Assembly: GCA_963761335.1 (NCBI GenBank)
Contig: CAVXGR010000013.1
Span: 256,001 to 320,000, forward strand
Source of the DNA: an uncultured delta proteobacterium
GTDB taxonomy: Bacteria; Desulfobacterota; Binatia; HRBIN30; BPIQ01
Direction: 5' to 3'
Length of the DNA stretch: 64,000 nt
The notes beneath the pieces are model-generated. The model worked only from the letters and a program-made list of their open reading frames with translations, did not search any database and was not told the DNA's origin. A program made the translations under genes and the position numbers. Of the stretch, positions 37,700-45,717 are shown piece by piece (position 1 is the first letter of the stretch; every line of letters starts with the position of its first letter).

Positions 37700-37729
37700 A
37701 AAGTATCGCCGCCGGGCGCGGCAGGTCAA
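37700..37729 (-). promoter_or_regulatory. Putative sigma70-type promoter of the thiolase operon
   Basis: Minus strand TTGACC-N18-TACTTT about 60 nt upstream of ATG 37639. Confidence 0.5.
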
Positions 37730-37880
37730 GCGAACGGCTTTTCCCCGTCCTGACCTTCTCCCATTCGGGAGAAGGAGCCCTCGCCCCCACGGACACGAAT
37801 AGCAGCGGTGGCATGAGCTCGGGCGGCACGGCATTGGCATAGCGAGCAGCTGGGAACCAAACTCGCGGAGGAGAACCGCC

Positions 37881-39551
37881 ATGCCCACGGATGCCGAGAT
37901 CGCCCAGGCCGCCGTTCTGCGCCCGATCCACGATGTCGCCGCCAAGCTCGGACTGCCGCCCGAGCACCTCTCTCCATACGGGCACGAGATCGCCAAGGTG
38001 AGCCTCGCGGCCCTGGACGGACCCCGGAGTCGCCGCGGCCGACCGCGCCTCATCCTGGTATCGGCAATGACGCCAACGCCGGCGGGGGAGGGCAAGACGA
38101 CGACCAGCATCGGCCTCGCGGATGGGCTGGCGCGGCTCGGCGAGAGCGCCTGCCTGGCGCTGCGCGAGCCATCGATGGGACCGTGCATGGGTCTCAAGGG
38201 GGGTGCGACCGGGGGCGGCTACAGCCAGGTCACTCCCGCGGAGCGCATCAACCTGCACTTCACCGGCGACTTTCACGCCGTCACCGCGGCCCACAACCTG
38301 CTCGCGGCGCTGCTCGACAACCATCTCTACTTCGGCAACCGCCTGCGCATCGACCCGCGCCGGGTTCTGTGGCGCCGGGTCATGGACATGAACGACCGCT
38401 CGCTGCGCAACGTGATCGTCGGTCTCGGCGGCGCCCTGCAGGGCGTGCCGCGGGAGACCGGTTTCGACATCACCGCGGCCTCCGAGGTGATGGCGATGCT
38501 CTGTCTCGCCACCGGCGTCGACGACCTGCGCCAGCGCATCGACCGCACCCTCGTCGGCTTCACCTACGAGGGCGAGCCGGTAACCGCGGCGCGGCTGGAG
38601 GCCGCCGGGGCCATGCTGGCGCTGCTGCGCGATGCCCTGCAGCCGAACCTGGTGCAGACCCTCGAGGGCACACCTGCCTTCGTGCACGGCGGCCCGTTCG
38701 CCAACATCGCCCATGGCTGCAACAGCCTCTTGGCGACGCGCATGGCTCTGCACCTCGCGGACTGGACGATCACCGAGGCGGGTTTCGGCTTCGACCTCGG
38801 CGCCGAGAAGTTCTTCGACATCAAGTGCGCCGGGGCCGGGCTCGACACCGCGGCGGTGGTGCTGGTGGCGACCGTCCGCGCCCTGAAGATGCACGGCGGA
38901 GTGCCTCTCGACTCGCTCTCCGCGCCGGCCCCGGAAGCGGTGGAGCGCGGTCTGCCAAATCTCGAGAAGCACATCGAGAGCATCCGCCATTTCGGCGAGC
39001 GCCCGGTGGTCGCCCTCAACCGCTTCTCGCGCGACAGCGAGGCGGAGATGGAGGTGGTGCGCCGCCGCTGCGCCGACCTCGAAGTGCCTTTCGCCGTGTC
39101 CGACCACCATGCGCGCGGCGGCGACGGCGCCGTCGACCTGGCACGAACGGTGATGGAGCACGCCGAGAAGAGACCGAAGCCGTTCCGTCCCCTCTACGAG
39201 TGGAGCCAGCCGGTCCGCGAGAAGATCCTGACGGTGGCGCGCAAGATGTACGGAGCCAGCGACCTGCTGCTGGCGCCGGCCGCCGAGCGCGATCTGCGCG
39301 AGATCGAGCGCCTCGGCTATGCGGGTTTACCGGTGTGCATCGCCAAGACGCAGAACTCGCTCTCCGACGATCCCCATCTGCGCGGCCGGCCCACCGGCTT
39401 CGAGGTGACGGTGCGCAACATCCAGATCAACGCTGGCGCCGGATTCCTGGTCGTCCTCACCGGAGACATCCTGCGCATGCCCGGCCTGCCCCGTAAGCCG
39501 CTGGCCGAGTCCATCGACCTGCGCGGCGAGCAGATCATCGGCCTGCGCTGA
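37881..39551 (+). CDS. fhs: Formate--tetrahydrofolate ligase
   Basis: TPTPAGEGKTTT, KGGATGGGYSQV, HFTGD, HGGPFANIAHGCNS, RMPGLP. Confidence 0.97.
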   Translation: MPTDAEIAQAAVLRPIHDVAAKLGLPPEHLSPYGHEIAKVSLAALDGPRSRRGRPRLILVSAMTPTPAGEGKTTTSIGLADGLARLGESACLALREPSMGPCMGLKGGATGGGYSQVTPAERINLHFTGDFHAVTAAHNLLAALLDNHLYFGNRLRIDPRRVLWRRVMDMNDRSLRNVIVGLGGALQGVPRETGFDITAASEVMAMLCLATGVDDLRQRIDRTLVGFTYEGEPVTAARLEAAGAMLALLRDALQPNLVQTLEGTPAFVHGGPFANIAHGCNSLLATRMALHLADWTITEAGFGFDLGAEKFFDIKCAGAGLDTAAVVLVATVRALKMHGGVPLDSLSAPAPEAVERGLPNLEKHIESIRHFGERPVVALNRFSRDSEAEMEVVRRRCADLEVPFAVSDHHARGGDGAVDLARTVMEHAEKRPKPFRPLYEWSQPVREKILTVARKMYGASDLLLAPAAERDLREIERLGYAGLPVCIAKTQNSLSDDPHLRGRPTGFEVTVRNIQINAGAGFLVVLTGDILRMPGLPRKPLAESIDLRGEQIIGLR

Positions 39552-39559
39552 GAAAAACG

Positions 39560-39617
39560 AGGTGTTGGGGGGTTGAGGTGTCGGGTGTCGGGCTGACACC
39601 CTCAACACCCAACACCT
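39560..39617. repeat. Imperfect palindrome built of GGTGT(T/C)G heptamers between convergent genes (possible bidirectional terminator)
   Basis: AGGTGTTGGG..GTTGAGG.TGTC pairs with GACACCCTCAACACCCAACACCT; a related half-copy lies at 36190-36222. Confidence 0.6.
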
Positions 39618-39625
39618 TGCTCTCG

Positions 39626-40210
39626 TCAGGGCATGGCCTTGTGCGGCTGAGGGGTGGGCCGGCGGGTGGCGCGGGCGCGGGCGCCGACGGTCTTGCGCTT
39701 CTTCGCTGCCTTGACCGCGGCGGGAGGTGACGTCAGCGCCAGCTTCTCACGAGCCTCTTTCATGCCGGCGAGCACCGACGCCGGGTTCATCTCGTCGTAG
39801 AAGTAGAGGAAGCGGTCGCGCGGCGCGTGGATGGAAGCATCGAGAACGCCGGCGGAGGAGAGAAAGTAGGTGCGCGGGATGTACTCGCCGTCGGGCGTGT
39901 ACTTCTTGCTGATCTCGCCGTTGTGATCCTTGTTGAGGCGGATCATGACGAAGTCCTTGGCCTGCTCGACGACCTTCGGATCGTGGAACACCTGCGAGTA
40001 GTGCTTACAGTGCGGGCACCACTCGGTGTAGAAGATCAGGCACACCGGCTTGTTCGACTCCTTTGCCGCGGCGAGACCCTCTTCGTAGCCCTTCCAGTCG
40101 ATCTGCGTGTCGTTCCAGTCCTCCGCGGCTCGCGCCCGGGGCACTGCCAGAATCGCAGTCGCCCCCAGCAGAGCCGCAGCCAGAGCAATCGTTCCCGAAA
40201 TCCGCTTCAT
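39626..40210 (-). CDS. Exported thioredoxin-fold protein (ERp18/TXNDC12-like)
   Basis: Signal peptide (ARA|A), WCPHC, PDGEYIPRTYF; basic tail. Confidence 0.85.
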   Translation of the reverse strand: MKRISGTIALAAALLGATAILAVPRARAAEDWNDTQIDWKGYEEGLAAAKESNKPVCLIFYTEWCPHCKHYSQVFHDPKVVEQAKDFVMIRLNKDHNGEISKKYTPDGEYIPRTYFLSSAGVLDASIHAPRDRFLYFYDEMNPASVLAGMKEAREKLALTSPPAAVKAAKKRKTVGARARATRRPTPQPHKAMP

Positions 40211-40333
40211 CAAGTCTTCGCCTCCTGAGCTGGGGAGGAAACCAGATTCCGGCCCACCTTGCCAGAGAAAACTCGACTCCGGAGGCACAAGGAAACGGAG
40301 AAGCAGCGTCTCCGCGTCTCCCCGGTCCCGGCG

Positions 40334-40505
40334 GGAACGCAACGGCGCAAAGACGCAAAGCCGACCTGCCCGAACACAGGGGTGTGCCTTTCGCGACCGC
40401 CAAATAAACCTGGCGGAACCTTCGCCTGCAGCGCCCTTTCCTCCCTCTCAGCAAACAGGCAGGGCCCAAGAATCTCAGCAGCCCGTCTTCGCGGCTTTGC
40501 GTTCC
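40334..40505. repeat. MITE/REP-like intergenic element with imperfect terminal inverted repeats
   Basis: GGAACGCAACGGCGCAAAGACG versus CGTCTTCGCGGCTTTGCGTTCC, 19/22 complementary. Confidence 0.5.
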
Positions 40506-40578
40506 TCTCAGCCCCGCGCCACCTCCGGCCAGACACGCGCCGCTTTGCTCGACAGCGCCGACGAGCCATGATGCGCCC

Positions 40579-41502
40579 ATGACTGTACGCATCGGTATCG
40601 GTTTCGGCCTCTGGCGGCTCGGCATGCCGGGCCCGGAGGATATCTGCGCCTACGCGGAGCGCGCCGAGGACCTCGGCATCGACTCCATCTGGCTCTCGGA
40701 CCATCTGGTCTCCCGGCAGCCGAGTCTCGACGTCGCCTGTGTCATGGCGATGTTCGCGGCGCGCACCAAGCGCATCAAGATGGGACCGAGCGTTCTGACC
40801 CTACCGGCGCGCAATCCCGTGCAGGTCGCCAAGACCTATGCCACGCTTGACTATCTCACCGGCGGCTGTGGGCGAGTGATCCTGGCGGTCGGGCTCGGCA
40901 GCGATCCGCGCGATTGCATCGCCTCGGGCATCGACCCCGGCGAGCGGGCCGGGCGCATGGCCGAGGGCGTCGAGGTGCTGCGCCAGCTGTGGGGCGGCGA
41001 GCACGTGAGCCACCATGGCAAGTACTATCACTTCGACGACGTCACCCTGGCGCCGCGGCCGGCGCGCGGATCACTCGACGTGTGGATCGGCGGCCGCACC
41101 GACGCCGCCCTGCGCCGCGTCGCCGGTTACGGCGACGGCTGGTTCCCGTCGTTCGTCAGCCCCGAGGAGTTTCGCACCGGCATGGCGAAGCTACGGGAGA
41201 TGGCCCAGGAGAGGGGCAGGCAAATCGACCCGGGAGAGGCCGGAGTCGTCATCCTCACGCACGCCAGCCGCGATCGCGCCGAGACCGAGGCGGCCGCACA
41301 GAAGCTCTTCGAGAGCTTCCCGGTGCCCGCCGAGGCGCTGGCGGCGCGCTGCGCCATCGGCACGCCGGAAGAGTGCGCCGACAAGGTACGCGCCTACGTC
41401 GAGGCGGGGTGCAGCAAGTTCGTGCTCTGGCCGATCGCGCCAGCGGAGCTGCTGCTGGCGCAGATCGAGACCTTCGGCCGCGAGATCGTGCCGCGTTTCT
41501 GA
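40579..41502 (+). CDS. LLM-class flavin-dependent (probably F420-dependent) oxidoreductase
   Basis: AEDLGIDSIWLSDH, RNPVQVAK..ATLD, VWIGG..AALRRVA..GDGW. Confidence 0.85.
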   Translation: MTVRIGIGFGLWRLGMPGPEDICAYAERAEDLGIDSIWLSDHLVSRQPSLDVACVMAMFAARTKRIKMGPSVLTLPARNPVQVAKTYATLDYLTGGCGRVILAVGLGSDPRDCIASGIDPGERAGRMAEGVEVLRQLWGGEHVSHHGKYYHFDDVTLAPRPARGSLDVWIGGRTDAALRRVAGYGDGWFPSFVSPEEFRTGMAKLREMAQERGRQIDPGEAGVVILTHASRDRAETEAAAQKLFESFPVPAEALAARCAIGTPEECADKVRAYVEAGCSKFVLWPIAPAELLLAQIETFGREIVPRF

Positions 41503-41529
41503 TCGGCGGTGAAACGCGGCTCACCCCGA

Positions 41530-42477
41530 TTAGAAACGAACCGCCGCCAGCTTGGCCGTGCTCACCACCGAGTAGACGCCGCGGATGCGGCCGGAGGCGG
41601 CGACGTCGATGGTGATGACGGCGCGCGGCGGATCCCCGGGTCGGCCGGAGCCGAAATCGCCGACCAGTGCCGGCAGGCCGTTGATCGAACGCACCTCGAG
41701 GTGAGCGCCGGCGGCGCGCATGCCGGCGATCTTGGCGTGGAAGCGCGCCACCCGGCCGGCGCCGATGAGCGGCACGCGGGCGGCGTGAAACTCGCCGTCG
41801 CTGTCGTTCAAGGCCCGCGCGTCCTCGGTGAGCAACGCCTCGACCGCGGGTACGTCCTGGCGGAGGAGGGCCGTCAGGAACTTCTCCATGGCCTGGCGCG
41901 TGCCCTCGCGCCGTCGGGTCATCGGCTGTCGCTGCCGGTCATAGGCTTCCATGGCGCGCCGGGCGCGGTGGTGCGTCGTCTTGACGTTGGGCTCGGAGAG
42001 ACCGAGCACCGATGCCGCCTCGCGCACCGAGTAGTCGAAGACGTCGCGCAGAACGAGCACGGCGCGCTGCTGCGGCGTCAGCACCTCGAGTGCGAGCAGG
42101 AACGCGAAGGTGACACTCTCCATCATCTCGTAGCGGCTCTCGGTCGGGCTGCCGGCGGCGGGCGTGCCCTCGGCGAAATCCTCGTCGCCGGTTTCGATGG
42201 GCGCCGGCAGCCAGGGCCCGCGGTACGCCCGCCGCCGGCGGCGGCGCAGCAGGTCGCGGCCGAGGTTGAGCGCCACGCGTGCCAGCCACGGCCGCAGCGG
42301 CTCACCGGTCCGCTGCGGCGCATGCTCGAGGGCGCGGACGAAGGTCTCCTGGACGACGTCGTCGGCGTCGGCGGCGCTGCCGGTCATGCGGTACGACAGC
42401 CCCCAGAGGAAGCGCTGGTGCGCCCGAAAGGCCTCCTCGAGACCGGGGTCCGGAACGGCGGAGCTCGCGGGGTTCAT
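41530..42477 (-). CDS. ECF sigma factor, SigJ/ECF41 type with C-terminal SnoaL-like domain
   Basis: YRMTGSAADADDVVQE, YRGPWLPAP, region 4 LTPQQRAVLVLRDVF, DSDG linker, INGLP. Confidence 0.9.
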   Translation of the reverse strand: MNPASSAVPDPGLEEAFRAHQRFLWGLSYRMTGSAADADDVVQETFVRALEHAPQRTGEPLRPWLARVALNLGRDLLRRRRRRAYRGPWLPAPIETGDEDFAEGTPAAGSPTESRYEMMESVTFAFLLALEVLTPQQRAVLVLRDVFDYSVREAASVLGLSEPNVKTTHHRARRAMEAYDRQRQPMTRRREGTRQAMEKFLTALLRQDVPAVEALLTEDARALNDSDGEFHAARVPLIGAGRVARFHAKIAGMRAAGAHLEVRSINGLPALVGDFGSGRPGDPPRAVITIDVAASGRIRGVYSVVSTAKLAAVRF

Positions 42478-42544
42478 GCGCGTCCACCGAGGCTACGGCC
42501 GCGCCGGGTCCCGGTCAAGAACGGGATGTTCGCCAGAGCGGCGG

Positions 42545-43522
42545 TCAGCCGGCGGCGGGCGCCCAGATGCGCAGCGCCTTCCACAGCACCGCGGAGCGCG
42601 AGTTGAGGATGCCGAGCTCACGGCACAGCTCGCGCGGCTTGCGCAGCGCCTCGAGGGTCAACCGCTCGTGCGCCGAGCCGCGCCCGTACGCCTCGCGCAT
42701 GACCTCGGCGGGGATGCCGTAGGTGCGCACCAAGTGACCGCTCGGCCGCATCATGATGCCGGCGGAGATCTTGAAGATCACCGGGGTGCGCAGCTGCAGC
42801 ATGGCCATCTTGAAGCGGCCGAGCTGCGGCACATGGCGGCGCAAGAAGTGCCGCGCGAAGGACATGTGACGCGCCTCCTCGAGGATGTGGATGCGGCTGA
42901 TGCGTTCCAGCAGCGGGTGGAGCTCGGTGCCGCTCTGCAGCATGCGCCGCTGAAACCAGTCGATGGGGTCCTCGCCGCTCAGCACCAGCATGAAGAAGAG
43001 CTCGGGGAAGCGGCGCCCGAAGCGGATCACCTGGCGCTGCGCCTTGCCGAGAATGCGCGGCGGGCGCACCTGGAGCCCGGTGCGCATGACGAACTCGTGG
43101 AAGATCAGAGAGTGCTGCGCCTCCTCGATCACCTCGTGATAGGCGTAGCGAAACTCCGGGGCATCGTCGGGCAGGGTGTCGACGTACTCGAGGATGCCGC
43201 GCTTGAGAATGCTCTCGAAGGTCCAGCCGACGCGCGCAAAGGTGGCGAACAGGTGCAGCCCGAGGCGGGCGCGGATCTCCGGCGGCTGGGCCCGGTACCA
43301 GGCCGTGGCTCCGAGAGGATCGTCGGCCGGAAGCGCAAAGCGGGGATCGTTCGGATCGATGGCATACTCCGGGTCGTCCCAGGGGACGTCGGCGTAGGCG
43401 TCGTAGTGCTTGACGACCGACTGGTGCGAGAGCCGCGCCAGCAGCTGCTGATAGGCGCTCTCCTCACCCTGGCGACGCTCCTCCTCGGGGAGCTCGAGAG
43501 CGGAAGTCATCGTCGCTTCCAT
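42545..43522 (-). CDS. AurF-family di-iron oxygenase
   Basis: FESIL, HEVIEEAQH, GEDPID, IHILEEARH; AGGAGG RBS. Confidence 0.85.
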   Translation of the reverse strand: MEATMTSALELPEEERRQGEESAYQQLLARLSHQSVVKHYDAYADVPWDDPEYAIDPNDPRFALPADDPLGATAWYRAQPPEIRARLGLHLFATFARVGWTFESILKRGILEYVDTLPDDAPEFRYAYHEVIEEAQHSLIFHEFVMRTGLQVRPPRILGKAQRQVIRFGRRFPELFFMLVLSGEDPIDWFQRRMLQSGTELHPLLERISRIHILEEARHMSFARHFLRRHVPQLGRFKMAMLQLRTPVIFKISAGIMMRPSGHLVRTYGIPAEVMREAYGRGSAHERLTLEALRKPRELCRELGILNSRSAVLWKALRIWAPAAG

Positions 43523-43550
43523 TGTTCCTCCTGTTTCCAATTTCGGCCGG

Positions 43551-44213
43551 TCATACGTCGGTCGTTGCCTCCGCGGCGGGAACTGCGGCCAGCAGCAGCG
43601 GCACCAGCTGCGGGTCGAGGCGACGCGCCACCATGAAGATCACCAGATGACGCAGCTCCTCGAAGGCGTCGTCGAGCGACATCTCCGCGGGATCGACCTG
43701 GCGGCCCAGGGCCACGCCGTCGAGCAGCGCCAGGATCATTCCGGCAACGACCTCCACCTGTGGCAGGTCGGCACCGAGCGCGTCGCCGATGCCGTGCACC
43801 AGGGCGCCGCGGGCGCGGTGAATGATCGACTTGAGAATGGCGCGGATCTCGGGCTTCTCGTCGGCGACCTCGAGGGCGAGGATCTGCAACAGCTTGAAGA
43901 TCCAGGGACGTTCCTCGAGGACGGCGCGCATCCCGGCGAGGGCGCGTTCCAGGCGCTCGAGCGGCTCGCCCGCCTGACGCGCCGCCTCCTGAATGCCGTC
44001 GATCCACACCGTCGCGGCGCGCTCCAGAACCGCGGCGAGGAGCCCCTCCTTGCTGCCGAAGTGATAGTAGATCGCCGTCTTGGCAATCCCGGAGCGGCTG
44101 GCCAGCTCGTCGACGCCGGCGGCCTGATAGCCCTTCTGCGAGAAGAGCTCCATGGCCGTCTGCACGATCCGCTCACGGCTCGCGGCGCTGTCGCGTTTAC
44201 CCTTTGGACTCAT
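43551..44213 (-). CDS. TetR/AcrR family transcriptional regulator
   Basis: RERIVQTAMELF..GY..ELASRSGIAKTAIYYHFGSKEGLL helix-turn-helix. Confidence 0.95.
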   Translation of the reverse strand: MSPKGKRDSAASRERIVQTAMELFSQKGYQAAGVDELASRSGIAKTAIYYHFGSKEGLLAAVLERAATVWIDGIQEAARQAGEPLERLERALAGMRAVLEERPWIFKLLQILALEVADEKPEIRAILKSIIHRARGALVHGIGDALGADLPQVEVVAGMILALLDGVALGRQVDPAEMSLDDAFEELRHLVIFMVARRLDPQLVPLLLAAVPAAEATTDV

Positions 44214-44222
44214 CGCGTACGT

Positions 44223-44256
44223 ACCGTTCTGTACAATTGAACGAACGGTCTGTCAA
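44223..44256 (-). promoter_or_regulatory. Putative TetR operator overlapping the promoter
   Basis: ACCGTTC-N13-GAACGGT inverted repeat next to minus-strand TTGACA (44251-44256). Confidence 0.6.
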
Positions 44257-44314
44257 GCATCTATGTGCGGAGGGCGATGGCGCCCTACGGCCGGGACGGC
44301 CGCGCTCCCAGGAG

Positions 44315-45238
44315 CTATTCCACCAGGATGTTCCGCAGCGCCGGCGCCAGTGTCGGGTAGCGGAACTGGTATCCCAGAGCGAGCGCCGCCTTCGGCAGCA
44401 CCCGCTGGCCCTCGAGGAGGATGTCGGCCATCTCCCCGAGCGCCAGACGCACGGCGAAGCCCGGCACGGGCAGCCACGACGGGCGCCCGAGCACGGCGCC
44501 GAGTGTCCGGCAGAGCTCGCTCATCGGCTGCGGCTCGGGAGCCGTGGCGTTGAGCGCCCCGCGGGCGCGCCCGTCGCCGAGCGCCGTCTCGATCATGCCG
44601 ATCACGTCGTCGCGGTGGATCCACGACATCCACTGCCGGCCGCTGCCCACGGGGCCGCCGGCGTAGAGCTTGAACGGGATCACCATTTGCTCGAGGGCAC
44701 CGCCGCCCTCGCCGAGGACGACGCCGATGCGCGGGTTCACCACCCGCACTCCCAGCTCCTCGGCGGCGCGCGCCTCCCTCTCCCACTCCGCGCACACCGA
44801 CGCCAGGAAGTCATCACCGGCCGGCGACGACTCATCCAGGGCCTCGTCGCCGTGCGCGCCGTAGTAACCGACCGCCGAGGCGCTGACGAAGACCGCGGGG
44901 CGCTCGGAGCGGGCGCGCATACCCGCCACCAGGGCGCGGGTGATCTCGACGCGGCTCGAGCGAATGCGCCGCTTGCGCTCCTCGGTCCAGCGACCGGAGG
45001 CGATCGATTCGCCGGCGAGGTTGACCACGGCGGCGCAGCCGTCCAGCAGCTGCGCCCAACCTTCGACTGTCGGCGGCAGCTCCAGCACCTCCACCCGAGA
45101 GTCGAGCCCCGCCTTCTGCGGATGGCGGGAGACGGCACGCACCTGCCATCTCTCCAGCAGGCGCACCGTCAGAGGCGTGCCGATGAAGCCGGTCCCGCCG
45201 GTGATCAGGATCCTCTCCCTGGAAGTGTTCTGCGGCAC
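44315..45238 (-). CDS. TIGR01777 family NAD-dependent epimerase (YfcH-like)
   Basis: ITGGTGFIG, VNLAGESI, SASAVGYYG, SWIHRDD, GQRVLP. Confidence 0.9.
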   Translation of the reverse strand: MPQNTSRERILITGGTGFIGTPLTVRLLERWQVRAVSRHPQKAGLDSRVEVLELPPTVEGWAQLLDGCAAVVNLAGESIASGRWTEERKRRIRSSRVEITRALVAGMRARSERPAVFVSASAVGYYGAHGDEALDESSPAGDDFLASVCAEWEREARAAEELGVRVVNPRIGVVLGEGGGALEQMVIPFKLYAGGPVGSGRQWMSWIHRDDVIGMIETALGDGRARGALNATAPEPQPMSELCRTLGAVLGRPSWLPVPGFAVRLALGEMADILLEGQRVLPKAALALGYQFRYPTLAPALRNILVE

Positions 45239-45240
45239 GG

Positions 45241-45639
45241 TCAGCCCATGGTACCGATGTGCTCGGGCTCGATGAGATAGATCACCCGCACCTCTCCCGG
45301 CTTGCGGTTGGGGTACTCGTCGAGACCGAGGTACTTCTTCGCCAGCGCGTCGATGTGGTTGTCGGCGCCCTCTTCGGTGATCTTGGTCACGCGGCCGCGC
45401 ACGGCGAGGTGGCGATACGGGTTCTCGGGATCGATGATCGAGACGGCGACGCGCGCATCGCGGCGCATGTTCTGGTCCTTGAGCCGGCCCTTGGCCGAGT
45501 TGATGCGAATGTGGGCCCCGTCGTAGTCCAACCAGACGGGGGTCACCTGCGGGCTTCCGTCGGGCATCAGCGTCGCCAGATCGGCGAACGCCTTGCGGTC
45601 GAGCAGGTCACGGAACTTCGCCGGAATCGTCTTCGCCAT
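45241..45639 (-). CDS. PPOX-class (probably F420-dependent) oxidoreductase
   Basis: LATLMPDGSPQVTPVW, K..NMRRDARVA, HIDALAKKYLG. Confidence 0.85.
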   Translation of the reverse strand: MAKTIPAKFRDLLDRKAFADLATLMPDGSPQVTPVWLDYDGAHIRINSAKGRLKDQNMRRDARVAVSIIDPENPYRHLAVRGRVTKITEEGADNHIDALAKKYLGLDEYPNRKPGEVRVIYLIEPEHIGTMG

Positions 45640-45717
45640 TTGCGCGTCCCTCCAGATCGAAAAGTGTGTGCTTCTCTCCATCATGCACGGGCCTGAGGCC
45701 GGTGCAATGCGGCGACG

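Noticed and set aside
37640..37880. ZMP/ZTP or THF riboswitch upstream of fhs
   Set aside because: I could not find the conserved GACUGGCG / CGCCUGGG elements by eye; an Infernal search would settle it
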